From contig CAYSCM010000001.1 of the NCBI GenBank assembly GCA_964429815.1, positions 160,001 through 224,000 of the forward strand: a DNA stretch of 64,000 nt, read 5' to 3'. The notes under the pieces were generated by a model, which saw nothing but the letters and a program-made list of their open reading frames with translations, did not search any database and had not been told where the DNA came from. Origin of the DNA: an uncultured Candidatus Saccharibacteria bacterium. Lineage in GTDB: Bacteria > Patescibacteriota > Minisyncoccia > Phycocordibacterales > CAYSCM01. Positions 13,821 through 23,169 of the stretch are shown piece by piece. Position numbers and translations under genes: made by a program. How positions within the stretch are numbered: the stretch's first letter is position 1; the number at the start of each line of letters is the position of its first letter.

Positions 13821-16228
13821 CAGAGTTTAATTTTTTGAAGCTCTCCCCACGAGCGACCACTGTGCGGCACTGCTTCAAAAAGAATGCCGCTTGTTTCTTT
13901 GCGAGGAAGAATGTTTTCCATTACTTCTTTAATTGCCTTTGCGATTGCCTTTACTTTTTTTTCTTCAACTTCGTAGACCAATTCATCGTGCACCTGAAGA
14001 AGAAGGTGCGCTGCACTGGCTTCCCCCATATCCTTAAGCTTCTCCTCCCCTTTGATCATGGCGAGCTTTACGATATCGGCCTCCGTTCCCTGGATGGGGG
14101 CATTTATGGCCATGCGTTCGGCTTGTGCGCGGATATAGGGAAGCGGTGATTTGAGCCCGGCAAAATAGCGTCGGCGACCGTAGTAGGTCTCAGTATAGCC
14201 CTTACGCTCTGCATCGGCCTTGGTGTGGTCGAGGTAGCGCGCAAGAGTCGCAAAGTTTTTGAAATATTCGTTGAGAAACTTCTGCGCTTCAGCGCGGTCG
14301 GTGCCGAGGTTAGCGCGAAGCGCATTGACGCCCATACCGTAGAGAATGCCGAAGTTGATGACCTTTGCACGACGGCGCATTTCATAGTCCACCTGCTCCT
14401 CGGGAACATTAAACACCTGCGCCGCGACTACTGCGTGGACATCCCTCCCCGAGCGGAAAATATCGGTGAGCTTTTCATCCCCCGAGAGCCATGCCGCAAT
14501 GCGAAGCTCGATTTGTGAATAGTCGAAGGTGAGCAGTTTATAGCCGGATGGAGCGATGAACGCATGGCGTATCGCGCGCCCTAAATCGCTACGTATCGGT
14601 ATGTTTTGAAGACCAGGATCCTTGGTGGCCATACGACCCGTGGCGGACCCGGCTTGAAGAAAGGTCGTATGAATGCGACTTTCCCTGTCGGCAAGCTCGG
14701 GCATGGCATCGATGTAGGTGCCGAGGAGTTTGGCGAGTTCACGGTACGAGAGAATTTCGCCAATGATCGCGTGCTCCTCGCGAAGCTTCTCGAGTTCCGA
14801 TTCCTTGGTCGTGCGCTGTCCTCCTGCGGTTTTCTTGTGATTCTTGAGCGCGAGGCCGAGCTTGTCGAAGAGAATGACGCCGAGCTGCCGCGGCGAGTTA
14901 ATGTTAAATTCCTCGCCCGCGAGTTTGTAGATCTTCTTGCCGAGCGTGTCGAGCTCGTGGTGGTACTCCTTTGAAAGTTTTTTGAGGTACGGGATATCAA
15001 TAAGAACACCGCGCGCCTCCATCTTCTCAAGAATCGGTATGAGCGGCTCTTCGATTTCTTTGTATACCTTCTCGAGCTTTTGTTTTTTGAGCTCCGTAAA
15101 GATTTTTTCCTTGGCCTCCGAAAATTTTTTCGTCTTACCGTAGAGAAGGATGTCATCAAGTGTAGGATTGGTGATGTCGGAGTTGAGGAGCCACAGCGCA
15201 ACCGCCGCGCGCTTTCGCTCGCCTGCCGCAACTTCTTCGGGAGCCTCTAGAGAGCCCTCCTCTGCCCCAGCCCCGTTGGTGAGGTCGAGCGTTTTGGTGC
15301 CGAAGAGCCCTTTTGCACGGGCAACGAGCGAGCGGAATTCGAAATCAGAGAGGGTGCGCGCAACCGTATCGAGGTCGAGATTTTCTCGGAAGGATTTTTC
15401 AGGAAGCTTCCAGGCGATCGGCGCATCGCGATGAATGGTCGCGAGCATTTTGCTAAACTGCGCCTCCTCCTCGTTCTCTTTCAAGATCTCTTGAATGCGC
15501 GGTGTTATGCCCACCTTGGAAAATTTGTCCGCAGATTTTTTGTCTTTGAGCGCCTTATAAACGCCGTCGACGGTGCCAAAATTTTTGATAAGTGCTGTTG
15601 CGGTCTTCTCCCCGATGCCGCGCACGCCCACAATGTTGTCAGAGGGATCACCACGGAGCCCTTTATAGTCGGGAAGTTGCTCCGGCGAGAAGCCGAAACG
15701 CTCCACGACCGCGTCCTCATCGTAAAAGACTGTATCCTGGAGCCCTTTGCGCAGCGTAAAGACGCGCACGCGAGAGGTATCGACAAGCTGAAGCGTATCC
15801 ATATCACCGGAGGCAATGACTACGTCGAGATTTTTCTCCTTCTTTAATTTTTCAGACAGTGTACCGAGAATGTCATCGGCCTCGAATCCTTCTTTTTCAT
15901 AGATCGGAATCCCGAACGCCTCGAAAATCTCCCGCGAGCGCTTAATCTGAGAAATGAGGGCGGGATCGAGCTTCGGGCGCTTCGCTTTGTATTCCTTGTA
16001 CGCCTCATGACGATAGGTGGGGCCCGGAAGATCGTAGGCGGCGACGATGTAGTCGGGTTTGAGCTCGGAGACGATACGCATCAAAAATGCCGCAAGCCCG
16101 TAGAGCGCACCCGTCGGCTCGCCTCTGCTCGTCGTGAACTCCGGAAGGGCGTGGAAGGCGCGGTGGATGATGGCGTGCGTATCGAGGAGAACAATGCGTT
16201 TTTTTTCTTTTTTAGCGGTTTTCGGCAT
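13820..16228 (-). CDS. polA: DNA polymerase I (5'-3' exonuclease plus family A polymerase domains)
   Basis: KKRIVLLDTHAIIHRAFHAL (5' nuclease). Polymerase motifs RRRAKVINFGILYGMG and LLLQVHDELVYEV. Probable start at Met28 of the listed ORF. Confidence 0.9.
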   Translation of the reverse strand: MPKTAKKEKKRIVLLDTHAIIHRAFHALPEFTTSRGEPTGALYGLAAFLMRIVSELKPDYIVAAYDLPGPTYRHEAYKEYKAKRPKLDPALISQIKRSREIFEAFGIPIYEKEGFEADDILGTLSEKLKKEKNLDVVIASGDMDTLQLVDTSRVRVFTLRKGLQDTVFYDEDAVVERFGFSPEQLPDYKGLRGDPSDNIVGVRGIGEKTATALIKNFGTVDGVYKALKDKKSADKFSKVGITPRIQEILKENEEEAQFSKMLATIHRDAPIAWKLPEKSFRENLDLDTVARTLSDFEFRSLVARAKGLFGTKTLDLTNGAGAEEGSLEAPEEVAAGERKRAAVALWLLNSDITNPTLDDILLYGKTKKFSEAKEKIFTELKKQKLEKVYKEIEEPLIPILEKMEARGVLIDIPYLKKLSKEYHHELDTLGKKIYKLAGEEFNINSPRQLGVILFDKLGLALKNHKKTAGGQRTTKESELEKLREEHAIIGEILSYRELAKLLGTYIDAMPELADRESRIHTTFLQAGSATGRMATKDPGLQNIPIRSDLGRAIRHAFIAPSGYKLLTFDYSQIELRIAAWLSGDEKLTDIFRSGRDVHAVVAAQVFNVPEEQVDYEMRRRAKVINFGILYGMGVNALRANLGTDRAEAQKFLNEYFKNFATLARYLDHTKADAERKGYTETYYGRRRYFAGLKSPLPYIRAQAERMAINAPIQGTEADIVKLAMIKGEEKLKDMGEASAAHLLLQVHDELVYEVEEKKVKAIAKAIKEVMENILPRKETSGILFEAVPHSGRSWGELQKIKL

Positions 16229-16658
16229 AGGAAATAGCGATGTCGCGCGTGTGCTCATCGACAAAGGTAAAGGTGATGCGGTGCATTTCCTTCGGGAGCA
16301 CTTCCGCAACCCGCTCAGGCCACTCTATCAAAATGAGATTCTTCGGATCCGACAGAATTTCCTTCCACCCAAGTACCGCAAGCTCCTCTCCCCTCTCAAG
16401 ACGATAGGCATCGATGTGGATGAGTCGATCGAAGGGGCGCTTTTCAAGCTTGTATATTTTTTCAATGACGAAGGTGGGGCTCGTGACGGACTCCTCTACG
16501 CCGTAGGCTTTCGCGATGAGTTGCACAAACGCCGTCTTTCCCGAGCCGAGCTGTCCCGAGAGACCGACGACCGTGGCACCGCCCTCTCGCGGCATAAGGA
16601 GCTGTAAAAAATTGCGCGCTATGTGGTCGGTTTCCTGGAGGCTGTCCGAGCGCTTCAT
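16212..16658 (-). CDS. tsaE: tRNA threonylcarbamoyladenosine biosynthesis protein TsaE
   Basis: P-loop GQLGSGKTAFVQ and SPTFVIE motif. Internal start MKRSDSLQ. Confidence 0.8.
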   Translation of the reverse strand: MKRSDSLQETDHIARNFLQLLMPREGGATVVGLSGQLGSGKTAFVQLIAKAYGVEESVTSPTFVIEKIYKLEKRPFDRLIHIDAYRLERGEELAVLGWKEILSDPKNLILIEWPERVAEVLPKEMHRITFTFVDEHTRDIAISYAENR

Positions 16659-16699
16659 AGGGGTAATCTTCCACCAAAAGGCAAAAGAAGACAAAAGCG

Positions 16700-16730
16700 A
16701 AAACAAAAGGGCGCGCCGGAGGCGCGCCCT
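16700..16730 (-). terminator. Rho-independent terminator downstream of the lipoprotein gene
   Basis: GGGCGCGCCGGAGGCGCGCCC hairpin with a T-tract on the minus strand. Confidence 0.5.
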
Positions 16731-16748
16731 TGATAAAAGAAGAGGGAG

Positions 16749-17240
16749 TTAAAGTTGGATATCCTTCTCCCTCTGGGGAGCCGGATCCGCAACGGGCGGC
16801 GTCGGTGCGTCTTCGGAGGTGGGAGGGGGCGGTTCGAACTTGGGGACCACCCTCTTATCCGCTGGTGGCGCCTCGAAACGCGGTCGCGCTTCGGGCTCCC
16901 CCACGAACGGGATCCGCGGCTCTTCGAGCCGCGGATAGAACCGCTGTGTGAAGCAGCTCTGGTTCCACCCACGGTTCGTGGCGGTGTCGTAACGCCGATT
17001 CCCTCGTTCGTCGAACCAACGGTTCGACGAACGGTTGTAGTTTTGGTAATCAGTACATTCCCCGCGGCGGTAGCTATCGCCGCGCCACGCTTCGTAGTCC
17101 CTCGTGATGGAGTTGGAGAAGCTCGTATTGGAAGAAACGAGCCATCCCTGATCCATCAGAAAGCCGTCGACCTGCTGGTCGAAGCCGCTGCACGCGCCGA
17201 GCAAAAGCGCGACGAGTGCGAGACAGAGAGTGCGAATCAT
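16749..17240 (-). CDS. Lipoprotein, hypothetical
   Basis: Internal start MIRTLCLALVALLLGACSG (lipobox LLGAC). The listed 258-aa ORF fuses this with an upstream frame. Arg/Trp-rich and Pro-rich C-terminus. Confidence 0.5.
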   Translation of the reverse strand: MIRTLCLALVALLLGACSGFDQQVDGFLMDQGWLVSSNTSFSNSITRDYEAWRGDSYRRGECTDYQNYNRSSNRWFDERGNRRYDTATNRGWNQSCFTQRFYPRLEEPRIPFVGEPEARPRFEAPPADKRVVPKFEPPPPTSEDAPTPPVADPAPQREKDIQL

Positions 17241-17479
17241 CGATCGTCTCCTTCGAGGTCGAGGCCTGGCGCGAACTCCGCTTGGAACTGCTGCTCGGCG
17301 CGGTTGTAGAAGCCGTTGTCCTTCGGCAGCGGCGGGCGACGTTCCATTGTAAGTTTCCTGCGTAAGCGCTTGAGGCGCCGTGCGGAGAACTTCTCGAACT
17401 CCTTCCGCCGCCTCGCCCGAATAAGGGGTGAGTAGGAGATGGAGTCGAGAACGCGTTCCATATTTTCCTGCTTGCTCAT
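17237..17479 (-). CDS. Small basic hypothetical protein (80 aa)
   Basis: GGAGG 5 nt upstream of the ATG at 17479. MSKQENMERVLDSISYSPLIRARRRKEFEKFSARRLKRLRRK... The stop overlaps the lipoprotein ATG (ATGA). Confidence 0.35.
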   Translation of the reverse strand: MSKQENMERVLDSISYSPLIRARRRKEFEKFSARRLKRLRRKLTMERRPPLPKDNGFYNRAEQQFQAEFAPGLDLEGDDR

Positions 17480-17588
17480 GTGAGCCTCCACTCTGCAAAG
17501 AAAAATCTGAGTCAACTAATAGCACATCTTGGCAATTTTGTCAATAATCCCCTTGGTGCGACCCTCGAAGCGCGCTACGATTAGGAGA

Positions 17589-19259
17589 ATGGCTGTTTTC
17601 AATGAGGATAAGGAGCTCCGGAAGCTCTCCGAGCTCCGGAGCAAAGAGGAAGAGGACCTCGCGCAGCTTCTCTCCCAGAAGTACGGCACGCTCTACGCGG
17701 ACCTCACGCGCATGTCCATCAATACCGATGCCCTGCGTCTCATCAAGGAGACGGATGCGCGGGGCGGAAACATCGCCGCTTTTGCGATGGTGGGCAAGAA
17801 GCTCTCGGTCGCGGTAAAAAGCCCCCAGACGCTAAAGGTCGCGGAAATCCTCGAGGAGCTTAAAAAGCGGGGTTTCCTGGTAGACCTCTACATGGTCTCG
17901 ATGCGAAGCCTCGAGCGCGCGTTTGAGCATTACAAAGACCTCTCCTTCGCCACCGAGACCAAGGCGGGGGTGCTCGACATCTCTGGGGAGGAAATCCATC
18001 GGCTCCTCGCGGCCATCAAGAGCCTTGCCGACGCCAAGGGCCAGATCGAAGAACTCCTAAAACAGAAGAAGCTCTACCGCATCAGCCGCATCCTCGAAAC
18101 GGTGCTTGCCGGCGGCCTCTCGACCGACGCCTCCGACGTCCACATCGAGCCGCAGGAGGCTGACGTACGTCTGCGGTTCCGCCTCGATGGCGTCCTCACC
18201 GACGTTCTCACCTTCGATCGCGAGACATATCAGCTCCTCCTCTCGCGCATAAAGCTCCTCTCCGGACTCAAATTGAACATCAAAGACGCCGCTCAGGACG
18301 GGCGCTTTTCAGTAAAGATAGAAGGGAGCGATATCGAAGTGCGCACTTCGATACTTCCGGGCGCGTACGGCGAGTCGATAGTGCTGCGCATCTTAAACCC
18401 CAACACGATAGGCGTCCCCATGGAGGAGCTCGGCATTCCAAAAAATCTCCACGTAATTTTGGAGCGAGAAATACGAAAGCCGAACGGCATGATACTCAAC
18501 ACCGGCCCCACGGGCTCGGGCAAAACGACGACGCTCTACGCGTTCATGAAAAAGATCCACACGCCCGACATCAAGATAGTCACCATCGAGGACCCCATCG
18601 AATACCACCTTAAAGGTGTCGTGCAGACGCAGGTCGAGCCCAAGTCTTACACGTTCGCGCAGGGGTTGCGCAGCGCGCTGCGCCAAGACCCGGACGTCAT
18701 TATGATCGGCGAAATTCGCGACGAGGAGGTCGCGGGGGTCGCCATCAACTCCTCCCTCACCGGACATCTGGTGTTCTCAACGCTCCACACCAACGACGCC
18801 GCCGGCGCATTCCCCCGCCTCATCGACCTCGACGTAAACCCGAAAATTATCGGCTCGGCGGTCAACATCGTGATGGCGCAGCGCCTCGTGCGGCGGCTCT
18901 GTGAGCAGTGTCGAAGAGAAGTGAAGCTCACGGGAGAAGACAAAAAACTCATCGAGGAAACCCTCAAAGGCATTGTCGACTCTTCGCTCGTGCCGAAAGA
19001 AAAACCGACCGCCTGGGAGGCGGTTGGCTGCGAGGCCTGTAACGGGAGCGGCTACCGAGGGCGCATCGGCATTTTCGAGGCGATCATCATGGATAAAGGC
19101 ATCGAAGATAGAGTGGCTGCCTCGGCAAGCGAGCGTGAACTAGCCGCGGAAGCGCGTCGACAGAAGATTCTTTCGATGAAAGAGGACGGCGTGCTTAAAG
19201 TTCTCTCGGGCGTAACGACGCTTCCCGAGCTTGAGCGAGTCATCGAAATCCGCGATTAG
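17589..19259 (+). CDS. pilB: GspE/PilB-family secretion ATPase (type IV pilus/T2SS assembly ATPase)
   Basis: Walker A GPTGSGKTTTLYA. Asp and His boxes. Tetracysteine CEQCRRE...CEACNGSGYRGRIGIFE. N-terminal GSPII_E_N-like region. Confidence 0.85.
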   Translation: MAVFNEDKELRKLSELRSKEEEDLAQLLSQKYGTLYADLTRMSINTDALRLIKETDARGGNIAAFAMVGKKLSVAVKSPQTLKVAEILEELKKRGFLVDLYMVSMRSLERAFEHYKDLSFATETKAGVLDISGEEIHRLLAAIKSLADAKGQIEELLKQKKLYRISRILETVLAGGLSTDASDVHIEPQEADVRLRFRLDGVLTDVLTFDRETYQLLLSRIKLLSGLKLNIKDAAQDGRFSVKIEGSDIEVRTSILPGAYGESIVLRILNPNTIGVPMEELGIPKNLHVILEREIRKPNGMILNTGPTGSGKTTTLYAFMKKIHTPDIKIVTIEDPIEYHLKGVVQTQVEPKSYTFAQGLRSALRQDPDVIMIGEIRDEEVAGVAINSSLTGHLVFSTLHTNDAAGAFPRLIDLDVNPKIIGSAVNIVMAQRLVRRLCEQCRREVKLTGEDKKLIEETLKGIVDSSLVPKEKPTAWEAVGCEACNGSGYRGRIGIFEAIIMDKGIEDRVAASASERELAAEARRQKILSMKEDGVLKVLSGVTTLPELERVIEIRD

Positions 19260-19540
19260 TCAATTGAAATAGCCGCGTGGAAAGAGTAGCGTAAGGGAAG
19301 AGTTGAGAGCGCAACCCCCTAAGCAATACTTCTTCAACATAAGCGAAGAAGTTGGAAACCTATCTAAGGATAGTCTCCGTACGCGCCATAAAGGGCGACC
19401 GAGGCGTCCTCGATTGGCACCAGAAAGCCTAAGAGACCTATTGTTTAGGGGGCTGTGAGCTCAACTCGCGCACGTTTTAAAAATACTTTCGCAAACGTAT
19501 CGAAATCTGCGTGAAAAGACTCTAGCACGATATTAATATT

Positions 19541-20581
19541 ATGTCAAGTAAGCGGGGCGCAGCAGAAAGCGGAAACCCCTCCCCCAAGGAGGAACGCCAT
19601 CTCGACCAAACGCTACGGCCGACGAAGTTTTCCGAGTACATCGGCCAGAAGGCCGTTATGGAAAACCTCCGCATTCTCCTCACCGCGGCCAAGGAGCGCG
19701 AGCACCCACCGGAGCACCTTCTCTTTTATGGCCCACCGGGTCTTGGGAAGACGACGCTCGCACACCTCGTTGCCAAGGAGCTTGGCGTCGGATTTAAGAC
19801 GACCTCAGGACCGGCGATTGAAAAGGTGGGCGATCTGGCCGCTATTCTCTCCAACCTCACGCCAAACGATATTCTCTTTATTGATGAGGTTCACCGCCTC
19901 AACAAAGCCATCGAAGAGGTCCTCTACCCCGCAATGGAAAGCGGCGTGCTTGACATCATTATAGGTAAAGGCCCCTCCGCGCGCACCATTCAACTGGAAC
20001 TTCCTCCGTTCACACTCGTCGCGGCAACAACCCGCATCGCCGATCTCTCTGCCCCGCTGCGCTCTCGCTTTTCAGGCGGCATGTTCCGACTTGAGTTTTA
20101 TACAGAAAAAGAAATCGAGGAGATTCTCGCGCGCTCGGCAGGCATTTTAGGGATCGCGCCTTCGCGGGAGTCACTCGCTGCGATCGCTTCACGCGCTCGC
20201 GCGACACCACGTACGGGCAACTACCTACTCAAGCGCGCCCGCGACTTCGCGCAGGTGCATAAGCGCGACCTCACGCCGCAGCTTGTCGCCGAAGCGCTCA
20301 ACCTCCTCGGTATCGACGAGCTTGGTCTCACTCCGGCCGATCGGCACGTGCTCACTACCCTCATCGATAAGTTTGGTGGGGGTCCTGTGGGACTTTCGAC
20401 GATCGCTGCAGCAACCAGCGAAGAGGAGGCGACTATCGAGGAAGTCTACGAACCCTACCTTATTCAATTGGGACTTCTTGAGCGCACGCCGCGAGGGCGC
20501 AGGACCACAGCTCAGGGAGCCGCTCACATCGAAAAAGCGGCTCCGCGAGGGCGGCGCATGGGTCAGGGGAAGTTGGTGTAA
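19541..20581 (+). CDS. ruvB: Holliday junction helicase RuvB
   Basis: LRPTKFSEYIGQ... LLFYGPPGLGKTTLAHLVAKE ... ILFIDEVHRL. Confidence 0.9.
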   Translation: MSSKRGAAESGNPSPKEERHLDQTLRPTKFSEYIGQKAVMENLRILLTAAKEREHPPEHLLFYGPPGLGKTTLAHLVAKELGVGFKTTSGPAIEKVGDLAAILSNLTPNDILFIDEVHRLNKAIEEVLYPAMESGVLDIIIGKGPSARTIQLELPPFTLVAATTRIADLSAPLRSRFSGGMFRLEFYTEKEIEEILARSAGILGIAPSRESLAAIASRARATPRTGNYLLKRARDFAQVHKRDLTPQLVAEALNLLGIDELGLTPADRHVLTTLIDKFGGGPVGLSTIAAATSEEEATIEEVYEPYLIQLGLLERTPRGRRTTAQGAAHIEKAAPRGRRMGQGKLV

Positions 20582-20623
20582 GCCTAGTTGAACGAGAGAG
20601 GAATTTCCGTATACTCTATTGCC

Positions 20624-21154
20624 ATGAGCGGACACAGTAAGTGGGCCAAAATTAAGCACAAAAAAGCCATAACTGACGCTAAGAAAAGTAAGGCGTTTGG
20701 GAAGATTGTGCGTTTTCTTACCGTTGAATCAAAAAAGGCGAAGGGCGATGTAAACGCCCCAGGCCTTCGCGTTGCCATTGAAAAAGCAAAGGCCAACAAT
20801 GTGCCCGGCGATACCATTGAGCGAGCTATTTCTAAGGGTAAAACCGATACCGGAGCGATTATGAATGAGGTCACCTTCGAAGCATACGGCCCGGGAGGGG
20901 TAGCTCTCATCATCGAAGGACTTACCGACAACAATAACCGCACCAGCCAGGAGGTAAAGCAGGTGCTTAGCAAGAACGGCTCCTCACTTGCTGCACAAGG
21001 AAGCGCCAGTTGGGCATTTTCCCGTGAAGGGCGCGAGTGGAAACCTTCGACCATGGTTTCCATTTCGGAAGAAGACGGCGGAAAACTGGAAAACCTCGTC
21101 GACGCACTCGAAGATCTCGACGACATCCAGGAGGTATACACGAACGCGGAGTAA
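20624..21154 (+). CDS. yebC: YebC/PmpR-family transcriptional regulator (short form)
   Basis: MSGHSKWAKIKHKKA... conserved YebC N-terminus. About 176 aa against about 240 aa typical. Immediately upstream of ruvC, as in many bacteria. Confidence 0.75.
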   Translation: MSGHSKWAKIKHKKAITDAKKSKAFGKIVRFLTVESKKAKGDVNAPGLRVAIEKAKANNVPGDTIERAISKGKTDTGAIMNEVTFEAYGPGGVALIIEGLTDNNNRTSQEVKQVLSKNGSSLAAQGSASWAFSREGREWKPSTMVSISEEDGGKLENLVDALEDLDDIQEVYTNAE

Positions 21155-21156
21155 TC

Positions 21157-21630
21157 ATGCGCGTCATTGCCATAGACCCCGGATATGATCGCTGTGGAGT
21201 CGCGATACTCGAAAGGGCAGCGAAGGGAGAGGCGCTTCTCTTTTCGACGTGCGTAACGACCTCAAAAGAAAAACCCTTCATCGAACGCCTCGGTGAGGCC
21301 GTCGGCGCCGTGAAGCGGCTCATCAGTGCGCACCGCCCTTCCGAGATGGCTCTGGAGAAGCTTTTTTTCAATAAAAATCAAAAGACCGCGATGATGGTCG
21401 CCGAGGTGCGCGGCGCGCTCATTGAGCTCGCTCGCGGAAACGACCTCCCCGTTTCCGAGTACACGCCTGGCGAGATCAAGGTAGCGGTGACCGGAGACGG
21501 GCGCGCGGACAAGCGGCGCGTCGCACGTATGACGCAGGTGCTTTTGAAACTCGACGGACACAAACGGCTCGACGATGAGTATGACGCTATGGCAGTCGGC
21601 ATCACGCACCTCTCGCGACGCCGTCGCTAG
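21157..21630 (+). CDS. ruvC: Crossover junction endodeoxyribonuclease RuvC
   Basis: MRVIAIDPGYDRCGVAIL... and C-terminal ...DAMAVGITH. Confidence 0.85.
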   Translation: MRVIAIDPGYDRCGVAILERAAKGEALLFSTCVTTSKEKPFIERLGEAVGAVKRLISAHRPSEMALEKLFFNKNQKTAMMVAEVRGALIELARGNDLPVSEYTPGEIKVAVTGDGRADKRRVARMTQVLLKLDGHKRLDDEYDAMAVGITHLSRRRR

Positions 21631-21860
21631 CGTTATCCACACCAAAATGCCCCTCGTCTTGCCTGTAGGAATCGGGCTGTGCTAACAATGAGGTGCATAG
21701 GCTTAGCAGTTAATTTCACGGGCGCATCGTATGCGTGACGATAGGGAAAAAGAAGAGGGCGAAGAGACGGAGGAAGGGCTGGGCGAGGAAGGTGCCGACG
21801 ACGGCGAGGATGAAGATGAGGAAACTCTCCTCGATGAAGGCGATGAGATATAAAAACGAA

Positions 21861-21889
21861 ATCACCCGCGTACGCGGGTGATTTTATTT
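21861..21889. terminator. Bidirectional Rho-independent terminator (tyrS / upstream plus-strand unit)
   Basis: ATCACCCGCGTACGCGGGTGAT hairpin with T-tracts on both sides. Confidence 0.6.
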
Positions 21890-23104
21890 CGCCTTAAGCT
21901 CTATCGCGAGAAAGCGACGTTTGCCTATTTTAAGAATGAGTTCTTTCTCAAGGAGGGCTTCAGGAACGGTAATCGCTCCCCCGCCAACAACCTCAACGCC
22001 CCCTTGAGCGACGAGACGCTTCCATTCCGAGTTCGACGAGACAAGTCCGGAGCGTATGACCGCTTCGGAAAGCTTTGTGCCGAGCAAGGAGGAAACGCGA
22101 GGGAGATCGGCAGGAACGCCGCCTCCCTGAAAAGTCGTCGTGAAATCGTTCTCCGCGGCACGGGCCGCATCAGCGCCGTGGTAGAGCGTGACTATATCGC
22201 GGGCGAGGCGCATTTTGGCGTCCTTGGGGTGTAGGTTCCCCTCCTTCGTTTCCCGCGCGAGGCGCTTGGCTTCCTCGTAAGGAATCCGAGTCGCGTGTAT
22301 GAAGTAGTCCGGAACCATGTCGTCGTGCATGCTCATAATCTTCCCGTACATCTGCGAGGGAGCATCGGTGAGATTTATCGTATTGCCCCATGATGAGCTC
22401 ATTTTGCGCCCATCGAACCCCTCGATAAGGGGGTTCATGACGATGTTCTGCGGCTTTTGCTTAAAGTGTCCCTGAAGCGTCCTGCCGGCGAGAAGATTGA
22501 ACTTCTGGTCGGTGCCGCCGAGCTCGACATCGGCCGCGACGGCGACCGAGTCATAGCCTTGCATAAGCGGGTAGAGCACTTCGCGCAACGATACGCGCTT
22601 CCCCTCCGAGAGACGTTTGCCTATGTTTTCCCGTGCAACGAAGTCGGAGAGGGAAAAAAGGTCGGCGTGCTCGCCGATTTCCCTATACGAAAGCTTTTCG
22701 AGCCATTCGGAATTTCGCCGAAGCTCGGCCTCGCGCACGTCGATGAGCTTCCCGACCTGGGCAAAGTACGTTTTTTTGTTCGTCTCTATCGCTTCGCGCG
22801 AGAGCATGGGGCGCTCCGCCTCCTTGTCGGAGGTGTCGCCGATGACCGCGGTAAAATCACCAAGGATAAAGACGACCTGGTGCCCGAGCTCCTCAAAATC
22901 GCGAAGCTTGAGGAGTGAGACGGCCCGGCCGAGGTGGAGATGCGGGCTCGTGGGATCGATGCCGAGTTTTACCCGAAGTCGCCGGCCCGAGAGGAGCGCG
23001 CGACGGAGATCTTCCTTGACGATGACTTCGGAAACCCCGCGCTCCAGAAGCTCATCGATTTTGCGCACGTCGGTCGACACCGATCGGCTCTTCCTCCATA
23101 ACAT
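21884..23104 (-). CDS. tyrS: Tyrosyl-tRNA synthetase
   Basis: HIGH-like DPTSPHLHLGRAV, KMSSS (KMSKS) motif, C-terminal S4 domain. Confidence 0.9.
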   Translation of the reverse strand: MLWRKSRSVSTDVRKIDELLERGVSEVIVKEDLRRALLSGRRLRVKLGIDPTSPHLHLGRAVSLLKLRDFEELGHQVVFILGDFTAVIGDTSDKEAERPMLSREAIETNKKTYFAQVGKLIDVREAELRRNSEWLEKLSYREIGEHADLFSLSDFVARENIGKRLSEGKRVSLREVLYPLMQGYDSVAVAADVELGGTDQKFNLLAGRTLQGHFKQKPQNIVMNPLIEGFDGRKMSSSWGNTINLTDAPSQMYGKIMSMHDDMVPDYFIHATRIPYEEAKRLARETKEGNLHPKDAKMRLARDIVTLYHGADAARAAENDFTTTFQGGGVPADLPRVSSLLGTKLSEAVIRSGLVSSNSEWKRLVAQGGVEVVGGGAITVPEALLEKELILKIGKRRFLAIELKAK

Positions 23105-23169
23105 GGCCCCACTCTACCACGGACCCGCATATTTTTAAGCCCGCTCCTGCGTGTTAAAATAGCCAAACT

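Noticed and set aside
16749-17525. Listed 258-aa ORF spanning the lipoprotein and the upstream region
   Set aside because: A lipobox signal peptide (MIRTLCLALVALLLGAC) starts mid-ORF. The upstream part is better explained by a separate 80-aa gene in another frame with a GGAGG RBS.
21633-21641. Perfect consensus DnaA box TTATCCACA right after the ruvC stop codon
   Set aside because: A single isolated 9-mer is expected about once per 64 kb by chance. There is no cluster of boxes and no AT-rich unwinding element nearby, unlike the dnaN-dnaA spacer.
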